A stretch of DNA of 64,000 nucleotides from an uncultured Chroococcidiopsis sp. (GTDB lineage: Bacteria > Cyanobacteriota > Cyanobacteriia > Cyanobacteriales > Chroococcidiopsidaceae). The stretch spans positions 128,001-192,000 of the forward strand of contig CAXTYC010000001.1 in assembly GCA_964248365.1 (NCBI GenBank), given 5' to 3'. A program made the translations under genes and the position numbers. How positions within the stretch are numbered: the first letter of the stretch is position 1; each line of letters opens with the position of its first letter. This document shows positions 33,322 to 43,318 of this stretch, piece by piece. The notes beneath the pieces are model-generated. The model saw nothing but the letters and a program-made list of their open reading frames with translations. It was not told the DNA's origin and did not search any database.

Positions 33322-33494
33322 TGAGATCTTGCACCTGTTGCAACAACCGCCTGTCACTTAAGTGACAGACTAATAGCCCTCACCTGTTGAAACGGGTTTA
33401 AACCTGCATTTGCGAGTCTACTAAGGTAAACTTCTACTATCAGTTCCTTGGAATTAATTCCAAGGTGGGATTTATGACAGGCGCAAGATGTAAG
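33321..33494. mobile_element. Multi-hairpin MITE-like element with imperfect TIRs
   Basis: CTGAGATCTTGCACCT ... AGGCGCAAGATGTAAG; homologous to 6281-6424. Confidence 0.7.
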
Positions 33495-33598
33495 TCTACA
33501 AGTTTTGATCGCATGAAACAGATCGACCATGCTCACCTTGGTTAAACTGTTGGGTAGATATTGGTGGAATCCCAAATAAGCGATCGTGCTACAAAACT

Positions 33599-34214
33599 AT
33601 GCAAATAACACAACGGCATTACACTCCAGAGGAATACCTAGAGCTAGAGGAGGCGGCTGACTACAAAAGCGAATATATTGACGGACAAATCATTCCTATG
33701 GCAGGTGGATCGACAAATCATAATAGAATCGCATTAAATCTAAGTGCTGGATTGAACTTTGCATTCAGACAGCAGGATTACGAAGTTTTCATGGGGGATG
33801 TGCGTTTGTGGATACTCCAACAAGCGGATCTACACATATCCAGATGTAATGGTTGTAGCAGGTGAACCAGAGTATTTCAACAACCGTACAGATACGATTA
33901 CTAATCCCCAAGTTATTGTAGAAGTTTTGTCGAAATCTACCAAAGGTTATGATCGTGAGGAGAAATTTAAGGCTTACCGGACGATCGCAACCGAGGAGGA
34001 ATACTTATTAACAGATCAAACCAGGATATTGGTAGAACAATATTCTAAGACTGGGAAGAAGCGATGGGAATTGCGGGAGTATGACGAGGAAGATCTTGCG
34101 ATCGCTTTAACTTCTGTCCCTTTTGAGATTTCGCTACAGGATATATACAATAAGGTAAAGTTTGAAGTGGAAGATGTAGAAGGTGATGGGGCTGATGTTG
34201 AGGAAGTGGGTTAA
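33599..34214 (+). pseudogene. Uma2-family (DUF820) endonuclease, frameshifted near 33815
   Basis: KSEYIDG..MAGGSTNH in one frame and YTYPDV..VEVLSKST..YD in the other; removing one base gives VRLWIPNKRIYTYPD. Confidence 0.85.
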
Positions 34215-34231
34215 AGGGGGCGAAAGCCTGC

Positions 34232-34795
34232 TTATCTTCCTACCTTTAACCAACTAAACACTTGAGAAACATTTAGATTGAGTTCTATAAATTCTAATAC
34301 AGGTAATTTATCATCGCGTGTCAATTCTATCGGTTGCTGGTTTGGCAGAAAGGCAAGCACCAAGCGCTCATCTGGATCGACAAACCATCCTAATTGAGTG
34401 CCATGTCGCAGGCAGTGTAGAATATTACTAACTACCTTTGTTGCCTTTTGATCGGGTGAAAGAATCTCAATCGTCCAATCTGGGTAAGTCTCAAACACGT
34501 TTTCGATTTCCCCATCAGCATCAAATGGAATTCTGTCCCAAGAGAAGACAGTTACATCTGGTACAATTGAACGCCCGCCAAAAGTACAGCGTAATTCTGG
34601 AAACGCTAGCGCAATTCGTCTTTCTTCCGCAACTTGATTTACCGCATCGCAAAGCTTTAACTGTAATCGAGAGTGTTTGCCTTGAGGCATAGGCTTCTGG
34701 TATATGTGACCATGAATAAATTCATTAGCAGGCTTTGTCTCTGGTAACTTGAGGAACTCTGCTAGGGTAATTGGTTGGTGAACAGTGGTTGTCAT
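34232..34795 (-). CDS. Uma2-family (DUF820) endonuclease
   Basis: LPETKPA, PELRCTFGGRSIVPD, PDWTIEILSP. Confidence 0.92.
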   Translation of the reverse strand: MTTTVHQPITLAEFLKLPETKPANEFIHGHIYQKPMPQGKHSRLQLKLCDAVNQVAEERRIALAFPELRCTFGGRSIVPDVTVFSWDRIPFDADGEIENVFETYPDWTIEILSPDQKATKVVSNILHCLRHGTQLGWFVDPDERLVLAFLPNQQPIELTRDDKLPVLEFIELNLNVSQVFSWLKVGR

Positions 34796-34860
34796 ATTAC
34801 GCGATCGCCTTTCCTAAAATACTCTGTATCGTGAATATTAAAAGGACTAATTGCATTGCT

Positions 34861-35088
34861 ATGTCACAAAAACCTGTCAGCCCTTGGAACTACAAACCTT
34901 GGTGGTGTCAACCTTGGTCTATTCTCCTCACAGGTGTTAGCTTAATGGGTGGGAGTTGGTTACTGTTCAAAATCCTTTGGTTAACCGTTCTTGTCTCTAT
35001 ACCTGTACTAACTTGGATGGGCTTTTTCTTGTTAATTTGGCCAAGATTAATGATGCAAATAAGAGAGGGAGTAGGGAGTAGGGAGTAG
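34861..35088 (+). CDS. Conserved small membrane protein (DUF6737-like)
   Basis: WNYKPWWCQPWSILLTG motif, two TM helices. Confidence 0.75.
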   Translation: MSQKPVSPWNYKPWWCQPWSILLTGVSLMGGSWLLFKILWLTVLVSIPVLTWMGFFLLIWPRLMMQIREGVGSRE

Positions 35089-35204
35089 GGAGTAGGGGAG
35101 CAGGGGGGAGAATGATTAATTTCGAATTTCCTTTACCCTTTACCCTTTCACCAACTACCAACTACCTGTACAGACGTAGCAGTGCGCTCGTCTCTACCAG
35201 CATT

Positions 35205-35789
35205 CTAATTTACGACTTGGCTACTATGAAGACGCGGATCATCTCCCCCAGAAGGTGCTACAGGAGCAGAAAATTTAGAAACTTGTCCACTAGCTTGGGC
35301 ATAAGGCAAAGGCGTGTCGGCAACCAAAGCCTCTAAGTTAGTCGCCATAATCGTACGCGGTTGTTCACCAATAGCATTCGCTATCGCCTCTCCTTTTTGA
35401 TTCAAAAACACAAAATGTGGAATCCCATCTACCCGATACTTCAACATCTCCGGCAACCACTTGGTATTATCTACATTCAGCATGACAAAATTAAGCTTGT
35501 CGGTATACTGCTGCTCGAACTGAGCAATATCAGGAGCCATCGCCTGACAGACAGTACACCAATTTGCATAAAACTCCATTAGTGTAGGCTTACCATTACT
35601 CAAAGCCACTTCGAGTGGAGTTGATTTTTCATCCAAAGCAGTCAAAGAAACTTCTTCGGTTTGACTCCTTACACCTAAAAATAAAGCAACACTCAATGCG
35701 ATCGCCACTATTACAACCAATAAATTCCTAACACGCTTCCCCACACTCAATTGGTTCGCTCCACCCGTCGATTCACCTATGCCTGCCAT
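35205..35789 (-). CDS. txlA: Membrane-anchored thioredoxin (TxlA/HCF164-like)
   Basis: EFYANWCTVC, NVDN.KW, VDGIPHF. Confidence 0.85.
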   Translation of the reverse strand: MAGIGESTGGANQLSVGKRVRNLLVVIVAIALSVALFLGVRSQTEEVSLTALDEKSTPLEVALSNGKPTLMEFYANWCTVCQAMAPDIAQFEQQYTDKLNFVMLNVDNTKWLPEMLKYRVDGIPHFVFLNQKGEAIANAIGEQPRTIMATNLEALVADTPLPYAQASGQVSKFSAPVAPSGGDDPRLHSSQVVN

Positions 35790-35944
35790 AATACATTTAT
35801 TAAAACTTATTAACTGTTTTGATCTTTAGTTTAACCGAACACTCTACCAACCTCTTGGTTCCTCCTTGCTGCGCTTGGTTCGATAAATCAATCTCCCTTA
35901 CGCTATAACGCCCGAAAACACCTTATTAATCCCTATCCGCTTCC

Positions 35945-36349
35945 ATGAAAAAACGGGTAACACTAACCTTTCCCAAACGTGCCATTCAGATGCCAGTAAC
36001 CTACCGACTGGCAAAAGATTTTAACGTAGCTGCAAACATTATCCGCGCTGCTGTTGCTCCCAATCAAATTGGCACTTTAGTAGTTGAACTGTCGGGAGAT
36101 ATCGATCAGCTAGATGCAGCAATTGAGTGGATGCGATCGCAACACATTAACGTCTCCTCCGCCCTTGCCGAAATTGTCATCGACTCTGACGTGTGTGTAG
36201 ACTGTGGTTTGTGTACGGGAGTTTGCCCTACCGAAGCCCTTACCCTGCACCCTCAGACAAGTCGCCTGACATTTACGCGATCGCGCTGTATCGTCTGTGA
36301 ACAATGTATTCCTACTTGTCCCGTACAAGCAATTTCTACTAATCTTTAG
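35945..36349 (+). CDS. NIL-domain 4Fe-4S ferredoxin
   Basis: NIL domain plus two CxxCxxCxxxCP motifs. Confidence 0.92.
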   Translation: MKKRVTLTFPKRAIQMPVTYRLAKDFNVAANIIRAAVAPNQIGTLVVELSGDIDQLDAAIEWMRSQHINVSSALAEIVIDSDVCVDCGLCTGVCPTEALTLHPQTSRLTFTRSRCIVCEQCIPTCPVQAISTNL

Positions 36350-36422
36350 GTTTACTGCTAGATTACCAACCCTACTTTCTCATCAATTCATGGTCTCCAA
36401 AATCCAAAATCCAAAATTGATA

Positions 36423-37493
36423 TTAGCCCAGTTTAAATACATCTACTACCACATCCCCATCTCCCCTTAGTCTTTCCTTTGCTGGCGAATCATAAACTAC
36501 TAATAATGAGGGCATTTTTGTAATATCATGAAATAGGCTTATTCCCTCAGCGCGATCATCAAGATTTCCGTAGGGAATCTCCTGCACCATGTCTGGTTTT
36601 GACAGCACATTTTCTTGCAAATTTACCCCACTTTGTAACCGATAAATTCTTACAGGACCATCTAAATCCATTGTTGGTCCCGCTAAAATTAATATGTCTT
36701 CACCCATTAAACATAAATCCCGAATTCCTAAACCATTCAAGTGAATAAAATGTTTTTTATAAAGCTGATCCTGTCCAATTTGTTTAAGCTTTAATAATTC
36801 TGGGCTACTTGTTTCTAACTCTATTTCTAGCATAATCGCCCAACCGCGTAGCACAGGACCGCGCAAACCTAAAAAGAGGCGATTTTGATAAATGGCTATA
36901 CCTTCAATATCAAAGCCGTTATCTTTTCCTGGAATTGTTGCATTGACAAAACAGCCTAGATGTGCATCTTTCTCCAGCGCATCTGTCAGTAAGTTTCCCC
37001 CTTTGGTTAACTCCAATTTGGCAGCACTCAATTCTACATTTGGATCGTCAGGGTGTTGACAAGTTTTAACTAATTCGCCTCCAATCATAGGAATGCGCCC
37101 TAAAATATAACGGTTTGCTTCCGTTTTGATTTGTGCTAGTCTGGCAATATTTTCTACATCTGTTTTATTTGATTTTGGTTTTTTGCGCTTCCAACTATGG
37201 GAACCAACAAACCAAAGGTAGTAATCAGTATAGGCAATTCCTTCAATATCAATTTCTTGGTCTTCTGGTTCTGGCAATTTAATAAAATCTTGAACATGAA
37301 ATCGTTTGTGAGTATCAAAAGTCTGCTCATCAATAAAAGATAAGCGTTCAATAGTTGCAGTTTCGTCTGACCCTAACCATAAATATTTGTCAGAGTCAAG
37401 TGTTAACAAAACAGCCGAAATATCTTCACGATGTTCTTTAAATCCATCTTCAAATTTTAGTAATACTTGATTTAGCAATGACGGGTTATTCAT
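36423..37493 (-). CDS. DUF3616-family protein
   Basis: EIDIEG, GSHS, KDNGFDIEG, GLRGP, GLGIRD, LAGPTMD. Confidence 0.85.
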   Translation of the reverse strand: MNNPSLLNQVLLKFEDGFKEHREDISAVLLTLDSDKYLWLGSDETATIERLSFIDEQTFDTHKRFHVQDFIKLPEPEDQEIDIEGIAYTDYYLWFVGSHSWKRKKPKSNKTDVENIARLAQIKTEANRYILGRIPMIGGELVKTCQHPDDPNVELSAAKLELTKGGNLLTDALEKDAHLGCFVNATIPGKDNGFDIEGIAIYQNRLFLGLRGPVLRGWAIMLEIELETSSPELLKLKQIGQDQLYKKHFIHLNGLGIRDLCLMGEDILILAGPTMDLDGPVRIYRLQSGVNLQENVLSKPDMVQEIPYGNLDDRAEGISLFHDITKMPSLLVVYDSPAKERLRGDGDVVVDVFKLG

Positions 37494-37636
37494 AGCTTTT
37501 GCTCGCCTTTGTAAATCTAGATTGTAGCCTGATTATTAGTTAAAAAAATCTTTACAAGTATGTATATAAAAAGTTAGCGATTAGCTTTTAACAGCTAACA
37601 GCTAATCGCTAAAAGCTAACAGCTAATCGCTAATAT

Positions 37637-38719
37637 CTATTTAATCGTGTTTACGGCACTTCTCACCCTACTTACTACACTAGAGGGGAGGGGAACGTAC
37701 CCTAGCTGGGGTGAGTATTTTTGTCCTTGTGTTAAACCCCAGTTCAGCATATCTTTCAAGGCTTGTGCCTTATTAGCATCCTGGTAGTTTTTGCTAGCTA
37801 GTATCCATGTATAGGTAACAATTGGATAAGAACTTTTACCAGCAGGGTCTGTGATAAAAGCAACTAAATTCTTAGGTAGTTTCACTGCTTCTAAGGCTGT
37901 AGCAGCTGATTGTGGCGATGGAGCAACATAACTACCAGATTTGTTTTCCAAAGTAGCTACAGCTATATTATTCTGTACGGCGTATCCATACTCTAAGTAA
38001 CCAATAGTTCCTGGCGTTTGTTGAATTTGAGCCGTAATGCCTTCGTTACCCTTTGCTCCAACCCCCACTGGCCAATTTACCGTTTTACCCGAACCAACTT
38101 TGCTTTTCCATTGAGGGCTGATAGCACTAAGGTGTTTTGTAAAGACTGCTGTAGTACCACTACCATCAGAGCGATGTACTACTGTGATGGGAGTATTGGG
38201 TAAGTTTACACCAGGGTTAGCTTTAGCAATTCTAGGATCATTCCAAGTCTTGATATTACCCAGAAAGATATCGGTGTAGACTGCGCGTGGAAGCTTCAAA
38301 CCAGATTGCACATTTGGCAGGTTATAACCTATAACTACGCTACCTGCTGTCATAGGTAGCAACACCACACCTTGTTTTACCCTCGCAATTTCTTGAGGTG
38401 TCATCGCAGTGTCGCTGGCTCCAAAGTCCACTGTTCCCTGAGTAAACTGTTCTACACCAGCACCGCTACCAACAGATTGATAGCTGATTTGAACATTAGG
38501 ATTACTCTTGTTGTATTCAGAAAACCAACGCTGATACAAAGGAGCAGGAAAGCTAGCACCTGCACCGACAAGGCTAACCCTGGAACCGCCTTGAGCCAGA
38601 AGGGAGGAGGATTCTGCGGTAACGCTCTCAGATGGGATTTGACTAGTAGCAACACTTGCACTGAAGGCGATTAAGCACACAAGAACATCCCGCCGTTTGA
38701 ATTGAACTCGATTTAACAT
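37637..38719 (-). CDS. pstS: Phosphate ABC transporter substrate-binding protein
   Basis: GAGASF, YQSVGSGAG, DFGASD, RSDGSGTT, YPIV; start at ATG 38719 after AGGAG. Confidence 0.95.
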   Translation of the reverse strand: MLNRVQFKRRDVLVCLIAFSASVATSQIPSESVTAESSSLLAQGGSRVSLVGAGASFPAPLYQRWFSEYNKSNPNVQISYQSVGSGAGVEQFTQGTVDFGASDTAMTPQEIARVKQGVVLLPMTAGSVVIGYNLPNVQSGLKLPRAVYTDIFLGNIKTWNDPRIAKANPGVNLPNTPITVVHRSDGSGTTAVFTKHLSAISPQWKSKVGSGKTVNWPVGVGAKGNEGITAQIQQTPGTIGYLEYGYAVQNNIAVATLENKSGSYVAPSPQSAATALEAVKLPKNLVAFITDPAGKSSYPIVTYTWILASKNYQDANKAQALKDMLNWGLTQGQKYSPQLGYVPLPSSVVSRVRSAVNTIK

Positions 38720-38765
38720 TTTTTGGCACACTCCTACTACTAACCGAATCAACAGTACTACCAGT

Positions 38766-38784
38766 TGGTAAAGCCAAAGTTAAG
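38766..38784 (-). promoter_or_regulatory. Pho box (SphR/PhoB-type) upstream of pstS
   Basis: Minus strand CTTAACTT-N3-CTTTACCA matches the cyanobacterial PyTTAAPyPy(T/A) tandem with a 3-nt spacer. Confidence 0.7.
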
Positions 38785-38979
38785 GAGTGTATAGCTTTTA
38801 TCAAAGCTATTAGCTATTAGCTGTTAGCTGTTAGCTTTTTGTCCTTTGAAGGATGACCAATAATCAATGAATAATGACTAATAACTAATAACTATTGACT
38901 CTTGACAAATGACACTTGACTCTTGACGAATAACGATGGTAGTAAGTTCTAACTATAAACAGCGATCATCAGGTAAGTT

Positions 38980-39705
38980 ATGATTGACCATGACTCTTTT
39001 ATTCCAGAGGAGATGATGAGTGCGCCAAAACATCCTCTGGTGAATAATATAGAATTACCACTGCCAGATTCGCAAATTGCCTCTAGCTCAGAAATTCGGG
39101 AAATTCAGCAGCGCGATCGCATTCCTGGTGTTGTCAAACGGCTGATTCCATTTGATAGTGGTACATATTGGGAATATTGGTGGTGTGTTCCTGGGCGCGT
39201 GTTATTGCCTGAAGATGTAGAATTATTGCAACGCGATCGCAATCGTGTCGAGGCGATCGCAACTAAACTCGTTTGGCTATGGGGTGGACTGTGCTTTACT
39301 AAAGATACTTGCCGCGATCAAAACAGCAAACCTGTGTATGATTGGCAAGAGGTAATTGCTTTTGCCCACCAGCAAGGAATCAAACCTGATTTTTTAGATA
39401 TCGATTTTTTGCCACTTACAATCAAATCAGATAACCGAAATTCTAACTCAAATCCATCTACCCCAACTCATATTGCTGTTGAACCAAACCACTGGCACAT
39501 TGAATTCTTCCAACTACAACCTACACAAGGGGGGTTTGAACTGCAAGAAGATAAAAATGTTTGCAGTTGCCAAATTTGGACAGGTAAACCCTTCATCAAG
39601 TATCTAGACACCGGAGAAACAATTACTCGCTATGACTTATGGGTTTCTAGTCCTCTCGATCTAACTATTCCACCTTGGCAACCATCTTTAATGGCTAATG
39701 AGTAA
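38980..39705 (+). CDS. Hypothetical protein (Trp/Cys-rich)
   Basis: 241-aa ORF with HIP1 sites; no recognised motif. Confidence 0.75.
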   Translation: MIDHDSFIPEEMMSAPKHPLVNNIELPLPDSQIASSSEIREIQQRDRIPGVVKRLIPFDSGTYWEYWWCVPGRVLLPEDVELLQRDRNRVEAIATKLVWLWGGLCFTKDTCRDQNSKPVYDWQEVIAFAHQQGIKPDFLDIDFLPLTIKSDNRNSNSNPSTPTHIAVEPNHWHIEFFQLQPTQGGFELQEDKNVCSCQIWTGKPFIKYLDTGETITRYDLWVSSPLDLTIPPWQPSLMANE

Positions 39706-39817
39706 CAATTTTTTGATTCCCCAATAGGGAATAAGTCATAAGCAGCATGACTGGTAAATTTCCCTCATGCTAGTATGGATAACTCTAAGTTAATCGACGC
39801 TGACTCCAAACAGCATC

Positions 39818-40822
39818 ATGACAGTCAATATACAAACTAAGGCAAAGACATTAGGGGATTGGGCAGCTCTAGCAATTAAGAAACACTTAAATAAAATCAT
39901 CAAGCATGAAGATGATGTGCTAGCAGATCGATCTCCAGAAGCGTTGCATCAAATGCGTGTCGGTATGCGTCGCCTTCGTAGTGCTATAACTGGTTTTGCG
40001 CCAGCTTTAGATTTACCAAAACCAGCCAAAGAAAAGAAAATTGGTGATATTGCTCGGATATTGGGAAGCCTGCGAGATCTAGATGTTTTGCGCGAAGCAT
40101 TGCAAAATGAATATAAACCGAAGTTACCTGCAAAAGAAAAAAAAGAGCTAGAAACCGCTTTAGACGACTTAGTTAAGCCGCGCCGTCAAGCATTAGCAGA
40201 GGTTAAAAAAACTCTAGAAAATGAGCCTTATCAATCTCTCAAGCAGTCTTTGAAGAAATGGCTAAAACAGCCACAATTTCAAGAAATTGCTAAGATGCCA
40301 ATTGAGGAAGTATTGCCAGATTTACTTTTACCTGAAGTCAGTAAACTGTTGCTTCATCCAGGCTGGTTAGTGGGAACTCAGGTTAAGGAAGGAGAAATTT
40401 TACATCAAGAATTAGCACCAGAAATAGTAGAGCAAAAATTGCTAGAGCAAGGAATACTTCTTCATAGTTTGCGTAAAGAAACCAAGCGTATCCGCTATCA
40501 GATGGAGGTATTTGAAGACTTTTATAGTGGAGCATACGAGGCATATCTCAAAGATATGAAGAGTGTCCAAGAAGTTTTGGGACAGATTCAAGACAGTTTC
40601 GTTTTATCGGAGTTTATGACCAATGCCTTGCAATCCCAGATGAAAAAATCCCTTCCTACCTTGGCAGAACAATTGTCACAGAAAAGTTACATCGCATGGC
40701 AACAATGGCAAACCCTACAGCGACGGTATTTGAATCTCGAAATTAGAAAAGGTTTTCACATAGCTATACTTCAACCTACCTGGGGGAATCTCAGTAATAG
40801 TAAAAGTTTTGAGAATGAGTAA
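39818..40822 (+). CDS. CHAD-domain (polyphosphate-binding) protein
   Basis: LHQMRVGMRRLRS, LRDLDV, LHSLRK..KR.RY, LGQIQD. Confidence 0.92.
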   Translation: MTVNIQTKAKTLGDWAALAIKKHLNKIIKHEDDVLADRSPEALHQMRVGMRRLRSAITGFAPALDLPKPAKEKKIGDIARILGSLRDLDVLREALQNEYKPKLPAKEKKELETALDDLVKPRRQALAEVKKTLENEPYQSLKQSLKKWLKQPQFQEIAKMPIEEVLPDLLLPEVSKLLLHPGWLVGTQVKEGEILHQELAPEIVEQKLLEQGILLHSLRKETKRIRYQMEVFEDFYSGAYEAYLKDMKSVQEVLGQIQDSFVLSEFMTNALQSQMKKSLPTLAEQLSQKSYIAWQQWQTLQRRYLNLEIRKGFHIAILQPTWGNLSNSKSFENE

Positions 40823-40955
40823 ACCACCCATGCCCACCGTGGAAACTTCAACCTACCTGGGGGAATGTAACGGTACAAGTGGAAACCAGTAGGTGGGCAT
40901 GGGTGGTATACGATCCTGATTAAGGGAGATATGATCGATTGTGCAGAGATAGGCT

Positions 40956-42998
40956 CTAAAAACTACCAGGGTTATCGTCCAAAGCCAGCAAGAAATTAAT
41001 CAAATCATTCTGTTGCGCTGGAGTAAAACCAGTAGTTTGATCCACATAGAATTCATGACCAGTGCCATCGAGGTTACTACGCTCTAAGGCTGGGTTAGCA
41101 ATATTTGCGGCAACAACTTGATTACGCAGATTGCTATCAACTAAAGCACGTAAGCTGCTAGCACTATCAGCAGGTTTGGCTTGGCTGAGAGTCCCAGTTA
41201 ACCCCAAACCACTTGGATCTACGACGGTAAAACTGCCATTACGCTTAAACTGAAGTGTGCCTGCTCGCACCGCTACCCCACCATCATGCAGATATGGCGC
41301 ACTGAGATACAAACCGCGTAACGGAGTAGTTCTGTATCCACCGTCTGGAAGCAGACCATTAGGTAGTGTCGTTGGGCTAGCACTGATACCCTCTGTTGGT
41401 ACATCCAGCACCTCAGCATCAGGGGGAGCAGGAACAGGAGTGTTGAAAGTGTAAAGCTTAGGTGGCACAAGCAAATCGTTCCAAGCAAGGTGAGATTTAC
41501 CTCGTGCTGGGTTAGTTCCAATTTCACTGATGGGGTGAATTTTATTGTCAGTAAAGAAAGGTGGAATGTGACAAGTTGCACAGTTTGCCCGCTCAAAAAC
41601 TTTAGCACCACGCCCAACAGAACCACTTTTGAGTGCCTGCAAGTTCTGCCGATTGCGATTTGCAGGTGGCACTAGGCTATTTTGGAAAGCAGCCAGCGCA
41701 TTATCTGCAAAGAAGAAAGGTCCACTTGCCGGATCGTTCTGAGCAAAAGTGTTTGGACTGAATAACAGACCGTTAAAGGTGAGAAGACTTGGTTTTAGGT
41801 TTGGATAATCACCTGCTCCTGGTGCAGGAATCTGGTCTTCATTCTCGGCTGAATAGGGGTTGGGAGCGACTTGACGCAACCACTCTGAGGGTTTGACTGC
41901 TTCTCCATTAGGTAAACGAATACTCGGATCGACAGCGTTTTGGAGTACAACACCTAAATACACTTCAGGATCTATGCCTATAGTCGGTTCGCTTAGCTGA
42001 AATGCTGCTAGTAAATTGATCTCAGAGGAGTGGACGGAATTGGTTAGAGTAGCCAATCCTGCGAAAGGACCTACTCCCGCTTCTCCACTAAATGAGTAGG
42101 GGGCTGTCTTAAACGTAAAAAGATTTGGGATTTGAACCGTGTTATTGATGCGATCGGGCGAACTCTCAAAGTTACCGAAAGGTACATCAAGTACGATGTC
42201 GTCAAAGGCAGTCTCAAACTTTTGAGGATCGGGAAGCTTAACTAAATTGTTATGGCTATCGATGATTGTTTTGCCATTACCTTGGTATTTAGGATCGAGG
42301 GGATCGATATTAAGGCGAGCAAAGCCTGCTGCTGAATTTGGTGCTAGAGCAACTATTAAGGCAATGCCGAGATCTCCATTTGGTACTCCTTTAAGGCGTT
42401 GACCTGTCTTATCTAAGACAGCATGACACGTTGCACAAGTAAAGTTACCATTAGCTGTCAGTCCTAGAGGTAAATTAGCTCCCCTTTCTACATCAAAGCC
42501 TGTATCGATCTCACTCCCTTTAGGAAAAGTCCGACTACCTAACTTTAAATCTTTCTGAAGAGTAATCCGCAAGTTACTTGTTGGTTGACCATGTAAATCG
42601 CGAATCGCTTTGTTTATTTCCGGTTGGATCAAAGCTAAGCCTGTACCGAAACCAAACGCGCGCTGAAGACCAAATGTATCACCAATCTTGCGATTGAAAA
42701 ATATGTTTTCGCCGCTCTCAAGTAATTGCTGAGTGATATGGACGGCTCCAACCCGTTCAAAAGAGCCAGGAGCGCTAGGGTTAAGTCCCTGCTTGCGGAC
42801 TAACTGCTCTGCTTGTTGTGGTGTAAGTAACTCCCCAAAGTAGTCGTATTGACCTATAGGTTGGGTTGGGGCAGGTTGAAGCAGAGCCTCAGTTGCTAGG
42901 GTTGCCTTTGGTGAGATTAGGCTAGTTGATAAAAGTGCCGCAGCAAAACTAGCAACAAGCATCAGGACAAATAGCGAAATCTTTCTACGCCATCGCAT
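40956..42998 (-). CDS. Secreted di-heme cytochrome c (bCcP/MauG/RoxA-like superfamily)
   Basis: Signal peptide, two CATCH heme motifs, LRGLYLSAPYLHDG, terminal GHEF..DLINFL. Confidence 0.8.
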   Translation of the reverse strand: MRWRRKISLFVLMLVASFAAALLSTSLISPKATLATEALLQPAPTQPIGQYDYFGELLTPQQAEQLVRKQGLNPSAPGSFERVGAVHITQQLLESGENIFFNRKIGDTFGLQRAFGFGTGLALIQPEINKAIRDLHGQPTSNLRITLQKDLKLGSRTFPKGSEIDTGFDVERGANLPLGLTANGNFTCATCHAVLDKTGQRLKGVPNGDLGIALIVALAPNSAAGFARLNIDPLDPKYQGNGKTIIDSHNNLVKLPDPQKFETAFDDIVLDVPFGNFESSPDRINNTVQIPNLFTFKTAPYSFSGEAGVGPFAGLATLTNSVHSSEINLLAAFQLSEPTIGIDPEVYLGVVLQNAVDPSIRLPNGEAVKPSEWLRQVAPNPYSAENEDQIPAPGAGDYPNLKPSLLTFNGLLFSPNTFAQNDPASGPFFFADNALAAFQNSLVPPANRNRQNLQALKSGSVGRGAKVFERANCATCHIPPFFTDNKIHPISEIGTNPARGKSHLAWNDLLVPPKLYTFNTPVPAPPDAEVLDVPTEGISASPTTLPNGLLPDGGYRTTPLRGLYLSAPYLHDGGVAVRAGTLQFKRNGSFTVVDPSGLGLTGTLSQAKPADSASSLRALVDSNLRNQVVAANIANPALERSNLDGTGHEFYVDQTTGFTPAQQNDLINFLLALDDNPGSF

Positions 42999-43318
42999 AT
43001 ATGCCCCCTATAAGAGGTATATTAAAAAAGTTGTTTGTATTGTACGATACGATTAATTGTTAAAGACAATAAGATACAAAAATTAGGACAAAAATTAGGG
43101 GATTTTAAAAGAAAACTGGTTTCTAGACTCAGCCTAGAAACCAAAAGGGGATTAACCCTGATATCATCGATTGTGCAGTTTTGAGATAGCCTCTTAGTCA
43201 TGTGCATTCTAAGCGCGATACCAACGGTCACACAACGCCCAGGCGGAATGCTCTAAATTTAGGTAATTCAAGAGCTTTCTACTTATGATCAAAAGTAGGA
43301 ACTATTTAATTTTTGGGC

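Noticed and set aside
33354..33575. 73-aa ORF
   Set aside because: Lies mostly within a MITE-like element
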